From assembly GCF_000011805.1 (NCBI RefSeq), contig NC_006841.2: a stretch of 32,000 bases of DNA; one strand, given 5' to 3'. This DNA comes from Aliivibrio fischeri ES114. Lineage in GTDB: Bacteria > Pseudomonadota > Gammaproteobacteria > Enterobacterales > Vibrionaceae. The notes under the pieces were generated by a model that saw nothing but the letters and a program-made list of their open reading frames with translations, was not told the DNA's origin and ran no database searches. This document shows, piece by piece, positions 18,348 to 27,782 of this stretch (its first letter is position 1; each line of letters opens with the position of its first letter). The translations under genes were made by a program, and so were the position numbers.

Positions 18348-18466
18348 ACGCCTGCATAACACGTTTGCTACGATACAGACCTAGCTGAATTTTACTGCCT
18401 TAATCACTGAAACTAAAGGCAAACTGACAACGCCGAGTGTAGCAAATCGTATTGATGCATTTGTTA
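18348..18466 (-). repeat. attC site (subtype with CTAGCTGAATTTTACTGCC)
   Basis: TAACGCCTGCATAACACGTTTGCTACGATACAGACCTAGC...ACGCCGAGTGTAGCAAATCGTATTGATGCATTTGTTA. Confidence 0.95.
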
Positions 18467-18988
18467 TGCCTGTGCATATTTATGTGAATACAAAACAACC
18501 AATTCATCTAATGCTTGTCTAGCTAAAGCAATATTTTCTCCCGTTCTTTCAAAGGCTTCACGATTGTGCGCAGCAGCTTGAGTACTAAAACCATATGAAA
18601 CATCATTTCGATAACTTTTGATTAGGACTTCATAATGAGCAACGTAATTATTTTGAAAATCGGCACATGCATCTCGAAACTCAGGAAAATATATTAGCGA
18701 TAATGAAAAAGCTTTTCTTGCCGGTATATTTACACCGTATTTTGTTATTTCATCCATACTTTTGCATTCACCAGCCTCAACACTCCAGACTAAGGATTCC
18801 TGAATACAATCCATCAATTGTTCATACTTTTCACGAAGTAGTACATTTTTAAGATGTTTTTTATTTAGGTGCTCCTTCAGTAAAACTGCAAATTGAGAAA
18901 CTAGTACACCAGCAAGAGCTGAACTTGCCGAAACAACTGAAATTAATACTGTTTTATCCATTACATTATTCTCACCAGAAAAAGGCAT
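18464..18988 (-). CDS. Hypothetical cassette protein with N-terminal TM segment
   Basis: MDKTVLISVVSASSALAGVLVSQFAVLLKEHLNKKHLKNVLLREKYEQLMDCI; stop codon overlaps the attC. Confidence 0.65.
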   Translation of the reverse strand: MPFSGENNVMDKTVLISVVSASSALAGVLVSQFAVLLKEHLNKKHLKNVLLREKYEQLMDCIQESLVWSVEAGECKSMDEITKYGVNIPARKAFSLSLIYFPEFRDACADFQNNYVAHYEVLIKSYRNDVSYGFSTQAAAHNREAFERTGENIALARQALDELVVLYSHKYAQA

Positions 18989-19107
18989 AACGCCTGCATA
19001 ACACGTTTACTACTATACAACTATACTCAATATTGACGCCTTAAAACGAGAAATACCCGGCAAACTGAGATTGCCGAGTGTAGTAAATCGTGTTGATGCA
19101 TTTGTTA
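18988..19107 (-). repeat. attC site (main type)
   Basis: Consensus arms TAACGCCTGCATAACACG / CGTGTTGATGCATTTGTTA. Confidence 0.97.
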
Positions 19108-19109
19108 TG

Positions 19110-20132
19110 TTACGCTTTCAATTTACTGCTTAATATTTTCAAATAGTTAACATCATTATAATGTTTATATTCTTCAATACAGCTAAATACTAATTTTATA
19201 GTATGATCATTATTGCTATTTATCACCGTCTGAACGTCCAGATTTCCTAAGTACTCACCTTCAATAATTAAATTAAATTTTAAATCTTTAATAGAAAGAA
19301 TCGCGACTAAAGATGCTGACCAATATGATTTTAATGCTGTATCTTTATCATCTATATATGGCAACAAAACCCTCATTGCATGACAACTTGTAACTGTATG
19401 AAGTACAGTGAAATCATGGCTTTGCAGATACAATTTAGAAAACAGTTTACTGCAAGCTCTTAATGTTAAGCCTGCAGGATAATAATTTACGCTACTGTAT
19501 TCAGGCTTCGTTGAAATATCTGTAATTCTCTTAGTCACAGAGTCACCAACCGCTACATATTTAGAAAAAGCTCTCAATGCATTATTTATAACACTTTCTG
19601 GCTTGGTGTTAACCTGTATTGGAACTGGCAACGGCATAAAATGTGATGACATATGAGCCAGACCAAAAGCAATTTCCTTATGGTTTTCTTGAATAATTCC
19701 GTAGCTTAACCGAATTAACGCATGAAATGCAGATGCAGCACAACCTTGAATAAGCCTATTAATATATTTACTTAGAGCTAATTTTATTCCAAGCAAAGAA
19801 ATTTGGTCGAAATAAAAGCTTAGATATACATTAAATTTATCTTTATCACCTAAATGTTCAAGCCAATTAAAATCTTGATCATATGCAGAACATTGAAATG
19901 GTTTAAGTTTTTCGGAGTAAGACAAGAAATATTCATCTAAACGTTCAGGGGTAGCTCCTAATCTATCTAGTGCAATTAAAGCCATAGGCAAATGATTTGT
20001 GATCCCTTCTACTTTAGTTTCTATATCATAACATTGAGCACGTTCCAGTAATTGATTTAGCATAAAGCCTCCCTGTTTTATACGGTAAAACCTGTAACAT
20101 AACGCCTGCATAACACGTTTACTACTATGCAA
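19110..20132 (-). CDS. Questin oxidase-like family protein
   Basis: VEGITNHLPMALIALDRLGATPERLDEYFLSY...KYINRLIQGCAASAFHALIRLSYGI. Likely start is the internal MLNQLLERAQ. Confidence 0.7.
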   Translation of the reverse strand: MHSSKRVMQALCYRFYRIKQGGFMLNQLLERAQCYDIETKVEGITNHLPMALIALDRLGATPERLDEYFLSYSEKLKPFQCSAYDQDFNWLEHLGDKDKFNVYLSFYFDQISLLGIKLALSKYINRLIQGCAASAFHALIRLSYGIIQENHKEIAFGLAHMSSHFMPLPVPIQVNTKPESVINNALRAFSKYVAVGDSVTKRITDISTKPEYSSVNYYPAGLTLRACSKLFSKLYLQSHDFTVLHTVTSCHAMRVLLPYIDDKDTALKSYWSASLVAILSIKDLKFNLIIEGEYLGNLDVQTVINSNNDHTIKLVFSCIEEYKHYNDVNYLKILSSKLKA

Positions 20133-20218
20133 TTATACTTAAAATTGACGCGCTAAAACGAGAAACACCCGACAACCAGAGATGCCGAATGTAGTAAATC
20201 GTGTTGATGCATTTGTTA
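20100..20218 (-). repeat. attC site (main type)
   Basis: Consensus arms present. Confidence 0.97.
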
Positions 20219-20931
20219 AATGCCTTTACCTTCAGTTTTTAACCAGTTCATATGCTTTGATAACCCATCAAGATCTGGAAATATACCTAACTCATTGATC
20301 CCATATAAATTTAATTCATCAATAATCTCTGATTTTGCATGAGATTTGATAATTATTTTTTCAATTGCTGCCCACTGAAAGGCTCTCCAATATCACCAAA
20401 ACCAATTGGTTCTGATGGATTTGGGTGATATGTAAAACGGCCACTTTGATTAATTATTCTCGAAGCAATTGAACGCGGAATATATTGCTTAATTTTCTTC
20501 TCTTCTCTAAAGTTAAACGTTTCTTCTTCAAGCAATGTCTTAGGGTAATAAAGATAAAGAGCAGCATCAACTTCAGGCAAGTCTTTACAAGCAAAATATG
20601 TAGCAACCAAAGGATTATTTGACCAATCAAGAAGCCTTGTTGCTAGCCCATGATGTTGAGCAATGGCTAAACATTCCAGCTCATTTTCAGGTAATTGTGT
20701 AAAAGCAACAGCTTTATCCTTCCAAATTGAAAACATCGACCAATCAGAACCACCTCTAACCTTAAACTCCGGACGCCCAGCCTTTGGAATTAATGGCCAT
20801 GAATGGTCAGAATGTCCACGAAACAACCAACCTCCAATGTGTTCAACTGGCTTATATGTTTTAAATATTGTTTGCAATTCGTTCAAGCTTTCGACTTCAT
20901 AATCAATAATATCATCAGAGACTTTAATCAT
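20216..20931 (-). pseudogene. FRG-domain protein with a single-base frameshift near the C-terminus
   Basis: [29 protein letters not shown] is the FRG core. ORF stops at 20353, but the next frame reads (FQ)[52 protein letters not shown] and ends in the attC. Confidence 0.8.
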
Positions 20932-20960
20932 ATTCTATCCTCAATTTTTCCCTTGGCATT

Positions 20961-21081
20961 TAACGCCGCAATAACACGTTTATTACTACGACGATTTAGG
21001 TGAATTTTACTACCTTAAACACCTAAACCAAAGACAAACCTACAATGCCTAATGTAATAAATCGTGTTGATTGCTTTGTTA
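20961..21081 (-). repeat. attC site (GCCGCAATAACACG subtype)
   Basis: TAACGCCGCAATAACACGTTTATTACTACG...CGTGTTGATTGCTTTGTTA. Confidence 0.95.
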
Positions 21082-21090
21082 AATGCGAGT

Positions 21091-21252
21091 TTATTTTTTT
21101 GAGAGTTTGCACCAAATTCTTTTCAGTGATTCCCAAATTGATATTGAAACAATCATTATAAACACTGCTTCGCTACCTACGAAGTAAGAGATACAAACAA
21201 TCAAAATTACAGCTAAAATTGAACTCACAACTAATAATAATCGATCAGGCAT
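21091..21252 (-). CDS. Small membrane protein, 53 aa, overlapping the upstream gene
   Basis: MPDRLLLVVSSILAVILIVCISYFVGSEAVFIMIVSISIWESLKRIWCKLSKK. Start codon overlaps the stop region of 21245..21625. Confidence 0.55.
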   Translation of the reverse strand: MPDRLLLVVSSILAVILIVCISYFVGSEAVFIMIVSISIWESLKRIWCKLSKK

Positions 21253-21625
21253 GAAGTAACTCCGGATTCTGTGAAAGAATTGTTTCTAACCATGACCCAG
21301 TAATACCATTATCACGACCAAAGTCGATAACTTGTGAAAGTGAACAACTTGTATTTCTGTAAAAGGATCTTGCCGAACTACCAATAACTGCACCAGCCCA
21401 AAAAGCAGCATACACACCGGCACCCGCGGCTCCAGCTCGAGCTACTACCGATAATGGAAGTTTAGGGTTACTTGCTAATGTTATCGCTTTATCAATTCGA
21501 TCAATCATTACCCAAGATAAAGCGCCTGCACCAACAACAGTCTCTGTCGTTGGAAGATTTAACAGTTTAAGATTTTCATCAATATCATATTTAAACGAAT
21601 TTAAATCCATAGAACAGCTTGTCAT
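21245..21625 (-). CDS. Gly/Ala-rich hydrophobic protein, unknown
   Basis: Central VVGAGALSWVMIDRIDKAITLASNPKLPLSVVARAGAAGAGVYAAFWAGAVIGSSARS. Confidence 0.65.
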   Translation of the reverse strand: MTSCSMDLNSFKYDIDENLKLLNLPTTETVVGAGALSWVMIDRIDKAITLASNPKLPLSVVARAGAAGAGVYAAFWAGAVIGSSARSFYRNTSCSLSQVIDFGRDNGITGSWLETILSQNPELLHA

Positions 21626-21768
21626 AAATCACCTCCAATAAATTAATTGGACAAAACTATAACAGCAGCTCAACTAAACCATACTTCCAATATCAATTTT
21701 ATGGATCGATAGCTAAAGATATACAATAACAAATCAATCAGTTACATATCTCACATCAAAAAAGCATT

Positions 21769-21887
21769 TAACGCCTGCATAACACGTTTACTACTATGCA
21801 ATTATACTTAAAATTGACGCCTTAAAACGAGAAACACCCGACAACCTGAGATGCCGAGTGTAGTAAATCGTGTTGATGCATTTGTTA
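21769..21887 (-). repeat. attC site (main type)
   Basis: Consensus arms present. Confidence 0.97.
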
Positions 21888-21894
21888 GCTGCTT

Positions 21895-22119
21895 TCAGAT
21901 ACGGTTTTGTGTATAGCCTTTAGTATTTATATAAGCTTCTTCACAAGCAGTTCGCTTTTGATATTCTGGTGAAGAATTGATTAATTTCTTTATTCTATAT
22001 TGATTATTTTTATTAAGGGATTTCCATTCTTGGGTAGAAATATCCATACCTCTCGAAGCCACTTTAAACTCCTTCAGTATTGGTTTTATATTTTCAATAC
22101 GCCACTTTTCATAATTCAT
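21895..22119 (-). CDS. Hypothetical protein; possible C-terminal part of the 22222..22737 reading frame
   Basis: 74 aa. Same frame as the upstream ORF, separated by one in-frame TAA at 22222..22224. Confidence 0.4.
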   Translation of the reverse strand: MNYEKWRIENIKPILKEFKVASRGMDISTQEWKSLNKNNQYRIKKLINSSPEYQKRTACEEAYINTKGYTQNRI

Positions 22120-22221
22120 GTTTTCAGCATTACATACTTTTTTCCATTCATTATTGAATTTTGTATATGCGTCATATGATGATATATATATTAATTTATT
22201 ATGAACTGTAGCTATATTCTT

Positions 22222-22737
22222 TTACTCATTACTTACTCTGGGCTTTGAAATAATAATCGGAATTTTGTTCTTAGCATCCTCTCTCTCAATCATAGGAAAG
22301 TCTGTAATATAAATCATCGAAGCACCACTACCTTTGGTGCTAATAAGATAAGTTCGGTTGCCATGAATTACCGCAATGTTATGAGCATTTTTTATCATTG
22401 TTACTTCATTATGATCTAGCTTATTATCCATAATAATCCCATCGACAATTAACTGAACTTTTTGCTTATTAACAAAAGCAAATACGTTTTCACTATTTGA
22501 ACGAGAGTGGAATGCAAGTTCGGCAAATATACCGTCTAACTTAACATTTGCTTGCTTATAAATAACCCCGTCATTTTGTGTTACAACGTATGTTGTGTAA
22601 TCACCAAAATCTTTATGCTTTTCAGCTCGAGCGACTCCAGATAATACACTTATCAGTGCAGTAAAAATTAAGATTATACGTAATTTATTTCTCATTAATT
22701 GATACCTATTTAGGAGAAAAATGAAGTAATCTAGCAA
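22222..22737 (-). CDS. Secreted hypothetical protein
   Basis: Signal-peptide-like MRNKLRIILIFTALISVLSGVARA. Confidence 0.6.
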   Translation of the reverse strand: MLDYFIFLLNRYQLMRNKLRIILIFTALISVLSGVARAEKHKDFGDYTTYVVTQNDGVIYKQANVKLDGIFAELAFHSRSNSENVFAFVNKQKVQLIVDGIIMDNKLDHNEVTMIKNAHNIAVIHGNRTYLISTKGSGASMIYITDFPMIEREDAKNKIPIIISKPRVSNE

Positions 22738-22800
22738 GACTGAAATTATGAACTTAGGCAGACTACAATTTGTAATAATTTACTAAAAACAACAATCTGT

Positions 22801-23085
22801 TTACACGCTCAGTAATTGAGATTTTCTATAACTTATCGCCACTAGTTGACTAGATTCTGGAGAATAGAAATCGAAGGCATCTTGTTCGAAACTAACTTTC
22901 ATATTTAGAACCTGATTTGCATTTGTTGGGTTCGTTGAGTGATACGCAACTTCAGCTCCAGAAAACAAATCTTTAATAATTACAACATACTCTCCATCAC
23001 TTATTGGTGGCCATTCATCATTATAAGCAGCATGTAATTTATAGTTCTTCCCATCAATTATATACATTTCTTTCTTAGATGACAT
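22801..23085 (-). CDS. Hypothetical protein
   Basis: 94 aa, SD-like sequence upstream; same cassette as 22222..22737. Confidence 0.6.
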   Translation of the reverse strand: MSSKKEMYIIDGKNYKLHAAYNDEWPPISDGEYVVIIKDLFSGAEVAYHSTNPTNANQVLNMKVSFEQDAFDFYSPESSQLVAISYRKSQLLSV

Positions 23086-23154
23086 ACCACCCCCATAAAT
23101 AGAATGATATTCTATAATATCAAATAACTATTTTAACTACAAGCCTATAGCAGC

Positions 23155-23274
23155 TAACGCCTGCATAACACGTTTACTACTATACAATTATACTGAATAT
23201 TGATGCCCTAAAACGAGAAACACTCGGCAAACTGAGATTGCCGAGTGTAGTAAATCGTGTTGATGCGATTGTTG
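23155..23274 (-). repeat. attC site with atypical GTTG terminus
   Basis: TAACGCCTGCATAACACG...CGTGTTGATGCGATTGTTGTGCG. Confidence 0.93.
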
Positions 23275-23733
23275 TGCGGACTCTCTTTCGGCTTGGACAA
23301 CTTGGTAAAGAACTGCCCCGCCAAAATTGTCTAAGCCCTGATTCTAATTTAACGATGCTAATTAAGCGAACAAAATGTTCTTAAACTGCGAGATGAAGTA
23401 AATGGAAAACAGATACATTTTTTACACCATTTGAACGACTTGGTTTCAGCAGATTTTGAGCTGATAAACCAAATATCCTCGCCACAACTGGGATTGAAAA
23501 TGCTGCGAGGAAAACACGGATGCAGAGTAAAATGATGCAACACCAAAGAACCATTGAAGCGTAAAAATGCCTCTGAAACGCCTGAACTTAGACCGACAAT
23601 GCTTAATTGCCGAACCTGATGAAACGAACGCTAAAAGGCAACAAAGAAGAGGATTTGTGATAGCTAAATAGCGTTTAAAAAAAGTCTCGTTTCTATTGAG
23701 GAACCGTGCAAAAAATTTCGGGCTTAGTACGCA
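23275..23733. other. ORF-less cassette body, diverged copy C of the repeated noncoding cassette
   Basis: Shares ...GAGCTGATAAACCAAATATCCTCGCCACAACTGGGATTGAAAATGCTGCGAG... with copies A and B. Confidence 0.75.
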
Positions 23734-23854
23734 CAACGCCGCAATAACACGTTTATTACTACGACGACGTAGCTGAATTTTACTGCCTTAAACACCGAAA
23801 CCAAAGACAAACCTACAACGCCGAATGTAATAAATCGTGTTGATTGCTTTGTTA
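23734..23854 (-). repeat. attC site (CAACGCCGCAATAACACG start)
   Basis: CAACGCCGCAATAACACG...CGTGTTGATTGCTTTGTTA. Confidence 0.93.
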
Positions 23855-24314
23855 CACGATCTTTGTCAACGCTTCGCTTTAATTGGTAAAGAACTGATTT
23901 ACCAATAATATTTAGAAACCAATTCTAAATTACAAAAGCCAATTTAGCGAACAAAAGAACCGTTCAACTACAAAAACTGCGAAACGAAGCAATCCTTTTT
24001 CTAGCATCATTTGTACGATTTGGTTTCAGCCAGTTTTGAGCTTATAAACCAAAAATCCTTACCACAATTGGGATTGAAAATGCTACGAGCAAAGCACGGA
24101 TGCAGAATAAAATGAGGCAAAACCATGAACAATTGAAGCGTTAATTGGTTTCTGAAATCCATGAACTTTTGGCAATATAGAGTAAATTGCCGAACCTGAT
24201 GAAATGAAATCTAAAAGGCAGCAAAGAAAAAGGAAATCCACCTTACTTTCACGCCTAAAAAACTAACGGCTCAATCGCTGAACTGAGCCAAAAAACTGCT
24301 ATCTTTAGTTCGTG
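23855..24314. other. ORF-less integron cassette body, copy B
   Basis: CACGATCTTTGTCAACGCTTCGCTTTAATTGGTAAAGAACTGATTTACC... near-identical to copy A. Confidence 0.8.
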
Positions 24315-24435
24315 TAACGCCTGCATAACACGTTTGCTGCGATACATACCTAGCTGAATTTTACTGCCTTAATCACTGAAACTAAAGGCAAACTGACAAC
24401 GCCGAGTGTAGCAAATCGTGTTGATGCATTTGTTA
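24315..24435 (-). repeat. attC site (CTAGCTGAATTTTACTGCC subtype)
   Basis: Near-identical to the site at 18348..18466. Confidence 0.95.
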
Positions 24436-24440
24436 TGAGT

Positions 24441-24986
24441 TTATACTTTCGGTTTTGGTAAACAATCAGCAAATCGACGCTGTATAGGAGGGATTTTACC
24501 AATATATTCACCGCCGCCGTGTAAAATAATTAATAACATTCCAGCCATGATTGATACCCCATTAGAAATAATCAACATTTGCTCAAGAAAGCGAATTGGA
24601 TAACCTTTATTATGTCGATTCACCGCATGTATTCCGCCATGTACAAAAGAGCTTAATGGTTTCCAAGAGTATTCTTTAAATTCAATTAGCATATCCAAAG
24701 CTTCTTGGGGAGCCTTACCTTCAAGTTTAATTAACATTTCACTTAGCATCGGTAGTTTATTTGCTTTGTGAGCTGATTCAGCTGTAAGTTCACACATTAA
24801 TTTTGATACCGCTACATCAGAAGCACTATAAAGTAACCACATAGCCCTTACAAAAGCTTCATACTGTAATCGAACAAGACCTGATGCCGAGGTATAATTT
24901 CCAGACGCTAATAATATTTTTGCGCTTTCTGCATGTTCAAATGCAATACTACACATAATTTTGCTGACACGAACTCGTTCAGACAT
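24441..24986 (-). CDS. Hypothetical helical protein (HEPN-like/DUF6988-like)
   Basis: SGLVRLQYEAFVRAMWLLYSASD...SSFVHGGIHAVNRH; family assignment is tentative. Confidence 0.6.
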   Translation of the reverse strand: MSERVRVSKIMCSIAFEHAESAKILLASGNYTSASGLVRLQYEAFVRAMWLLYSASDVAVSKLMCELTAESAHKANKLPMLSEMLIKLEGKAPQEALDMLIEFKEYSWKPLSSFVHGGIHAVNRHNKGYPIRFLEQMLIISNGVSIMAGMLLIILHGGGEYIGKIPPIQRRFADCLPKPKV

Positions 24987-25089
24987 ATTACAAGGAGCTA
25001 AAGCAAGGAAAACTAAAAGTTCTTTTTCTAACTCAGCAGATCTCGATAATAGATGATTGATAAATTACTCCTTATTTAGCTTTAACTCA

Positions 25090-25209
25090 TAACGCCTGCA
25101 TAACACGTTTACTACCAAACAATTATACTTAATATTGATGCCTTAAAACGAGAAACACCCGGCAAACTGAGATTGCCGAGTGTAGTAAATCGTGTTGATG
25201 CATTTGTTA
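25090..25209 (-). repeat. attC site (main type)
   Basis: Consensus arms present. Confidence 0.97.
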
Positions 25210-25229
25210 TATGCAAACAACCATTCTTA

Positions 25230-25859
25230 CTATGAGGTCATTACTTTAATGCCAAAAATGGTAAACAATCCACCTGTGACATAATCCATAACCCCAGAAA
25301 TACGAGCATAAACACTTTTAGTTGATTCATGGGAAAACGCCGTAGCTAAAAATAAATGCCAACTAAGCGTAATTGAGACCATTGTTAGCATGATCGCAAA
25401 TATCATCGTTGCACTCATGTTTTCAGGCATGGAAACACTAAATAAACTGACAACGAAGAAACCCGTTTTCGGATTTAAAATACTGGTGATAAACGCTGAA
25501 ATGAAAACCTTCCTTTTCGATGGTGATATCGTTTGATTGATTTCTGTTAACTCACCTAACCTCTTTATTTTTCGAGTTAGATAAATCTGACGCATTCCCA
25601 AATACAATAAATAACTGCCACCTAACACTTTCATTAAACCAAATAATTGAGGAAAATGTGAAAAGAGAATAACTAATCCAGAGCCACCAAAAAACGACCA
25701 CAGTAACGTCGCAAAACTAACACCGAAAGCAGAAAAAGCCGCAATTTTACGGTCGTAATTAAGTGCAGTGTTGATCGTTAAAAGGACATTAGAACCAGGG
25801 GTTGCGACAGCTAGCATCCAAATTAAAGCCACATGAATAAGAACCAATAAATATTCCAT
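25230..25859 (-). CDS. LysE/RhtB family translocator
   Basis: ALIWMLAVATPGSNVLLTINTALNYDRKIAAFSAFGVS...FISAFITSILNPKTGFFVVSLF. Confidence 0.9.
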   Translation of the reverse strand: MEYLLVLIHVALIWMLAVATPGSNVLLTINTALNYDRKIAAFSAFGVSFATLLWSFFGGSGLVILFSHFPQLFGLMKVLGGSYLLYLGMRQIYLTRKIKRLGELTEINQTISPSKRKVFISAFITSILNPKTGFFVVSLFSVSMPENMSATMIFAIMLTMVSITLSWHLFLATAFSHESTKSVYARISGVMDYVTGGLFTIFGIKVMTS

Positions 25860-25902
25860 TATCTACAATCCAATAAAATAGCCCTTGAGCTTAAAATGCA
25901 TA

Positions 25903-26021
25903 TAACGCCTGCATAACACGTTTGCTACCATTCAGATTAAGCCTAAATTTACCACTTAATACGGTAAAACCAAAGAAACCTAGAATGCCGAATGTAGTAA
26001 ATCGTGTTGATGCATTTGTTA
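25903..26021 (-). repeat. attC site (subtype with AAATTTACCACTTAATACGGTAAA)
   Basis: Consensus arms present. Confidence 0.97.
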
Positions 26022-26387
26022 GGCGAATGTTGTGTAGAACGGGTTCCCTCGTACACCTTTACCACCGATATCATTGGAAAGCCCCATTTGATTCAATATT
26101 GTAAAAGCAAAAGTACAATGACAACTATGTCCACTTTTTGTTGAATCAAACACACTGGGTTTTAGTTGTTTTAAGTCACTACTTGAAACTTTAGAGTTTA
26201 TTTCCAGCTCTTTGTAAACGAGATACAAGTCATCTAACAGTAAAGTCATTCGCGAATTACCACGCTTGTAAACCACTCGGTCAACGCTTGTTTTGCAAAC
26301 TGTCGATGTACCACCTCCGGGATTTAAAAATACCGTGTTGACTTGGACACTCCGTCTGAAAATTGATTCGAACAAAATTCTATCCAC
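26019..26387 (-). CDS. Hypothetical cassette protein
   Basis: 122 aa; stop codon overlaps the attC, a typical cassette-gene layout. Confidence 0.5.
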   Translation of the reverse strand: MDRILFESIFRRSVQVNTVFLNPGGGTSTVCKTSVDRVVYKRGNSRMTLLLDDLYLVYKELEINSKVSSSDLKQLKPSVFDSTKSGHSCHCTFAFTILNQMGLSNDIGGKGVRGNPFYTTFA

Positions 26388-26406
26388 TTAATTCTCCTAA
26401 TTTGCC

Positions 26407-26527
26407 TAACGCCTGCATAACACGTTTGCTACGATACAGACTTAGCTGAATTTTACTGCCTTAATCACTAAAACTAAAGGCAAACTGACAACGCCGAGTG
26501 TAGCAAATCGTGTTGATGCATTTGTTA
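26407..26527 (-). repeat. attC site
   Basis: Consensus arms present. Confidence 0.97.
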
Positions 26528-26540
26528 TGTGCTTACAAAC

Positions 26541-26972
26541 TTAGTTAGCTTGATTTAGCTGCAATAAGTCCCATTTTGTACCGTATAAATCTTTAAATAC
26601 AACAACTGTACCGTACTCTTCAATACGAGGTTCTTCAGTAAATTCGACACCTTGAGCTTTCATCAACTCATAGTCACGCCAGAAGTCATTGGTTTGAAGA
26701 AATAAGAAAACACGACCACCCGCTTGATTACCAACTGATTTTAATTGCTCTTCATTACTTGCTTGAGCCAATAGTAAATTTGTACCCGTTGAATTAGGTG
26801 GAGATATTTGAACCCAACGCTTACCACCGCCTAAATCCGTATCTTCGATAAGCTCAAATTGAAGTTTTTTAGTATAAAATTCAATTGCATCATCATAATT
26901 TTCAACAACTAAGGCGATGTTACCAATTCTTTGTTCGATGGGCTTATTCATTTGCGGCTCACTACAGTTCAA
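26541..26972 (-). CDS. VOC (glyoxalase/bleomycin resistance-like) family protein
   Basis: IGNIALVVENYDDAIEFYTKKLQFELIEDTDLGGGKRWVQISPP...GTVVVFKDLYGTKWDLLQ. Confidence 0.9.
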   Translation of the reverse strand: MNCSEPQMNKPIEQRIGNIALVVENYDDAIEFYTKKLQFELIEDTDLGGGKRWVQISPPNSTGTNLLLAQASNEEQLKSVGNQAGGRVFLFLQTNDFWRDYELMKAQGVEFTEEPRIEEYGTVVVFKDLYGTKWDLLQLNQAN

Positions 26973-27016
26973 AAATAGAATTCTACCCTATTTAGCTCAT
27001 AAACTCATTTTGCATA

Positions 27017-27135
27017 TAACGCCTGCATAACACGTTTACTACTATGCGATTATACTTAAAATTGACGCCTTAAAATGAGAAACACCCGACAACCTGAGAT
27101 GCCGAGTGTAGTAAATCGTGTTGATGCATTTGTTA
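27017..27135 (-). repeat. attC site (main type)
   Basis: Consensus arms present. Confidence 0.97.
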
Positions 27136-27196
27136 AATGGCTTCTATCGACAACATTGAAATTTTAATTATTAATTTATGCAGCATGTTAGAGATA

Positions 27197-27505
27197 TTAA
27201 TAATCAAATTGACAATTTAACGCTTCACCAACCACAACTGTTGTATCAATGTTAGAATCGATATTTACAACTCGAACAGCGTTAGCTCCAGCTTTGGCTG
27301 CTTTGTTCATAATTTCATTCATCGCTCCCTCTGCATCGTGCGCAGTTGTCCAACCAGTGGAACCTGAACCTGTTACCGTTGTAACAAACTTGCAGTTATA
27401 TTCACTTTGGTTATCAACCATTCTCACCATGCGTCCTTCTGGGGTTGGAGCTACAATACAACCATTAAGAAGCATAACTCCCATTAAAAGAACCAAAACT
27501 CTCAT
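27197..27505 (-). CDS. DUF4156-like lipoprotein
   Basis: MRVLVLLMGVMLLNGCIVAPTPEG...AMNEIMNKAAKAGANAVRVVNID. Confidence 0.7.
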   Translation of the reverse strand: MRVLVLLMGVMLLNGCIVAPTPEGRMVRMVDNQSEYNCKFVTTVTGSGSTGWTTAHDAEGAMNEIMNKAAKAGANAVRVVNIDSNIDTTVVVGEALNCQFDY

Positions 27506-27537
27506 TACTTGCTACCTATATTTATTTGCTGGCCATT

Positions 27538-27656
27538 TAACGCCTGCATAACACGTTTACTACTATGCAATTATACTTAAAATTGACACCTTAAAACGAG
27601 AAACACTCGACAATCTGAGATACCGAGTGTAGTAAATCGTGTTGATGCATTTGTTA
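27538..27656 (-). repeat. attC site (main type)
   Basis: Consensus arms present. Confidence 0.97.
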
Positions 27657-27782
27657 TGTGTTAATCAGCCTAACTTATTGTTGTAAATCAATATTTAATT
27701 ATTTACTTTTTATATATCTTTCTTAAATTTACTTTTGCTGATAAAAACAAAACGGGAAACAATAACTATAATGGAGTAAACC

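Noticed and set aside
23446-23736. Minus-strand 96-aa ORF and the overlapping 62-aa ORF at 23358..23546 in a noncoding cassette.
   Set aside because: Frames are not preserved in the two related copies, which carry indels, so they are most likely chance ORFs.
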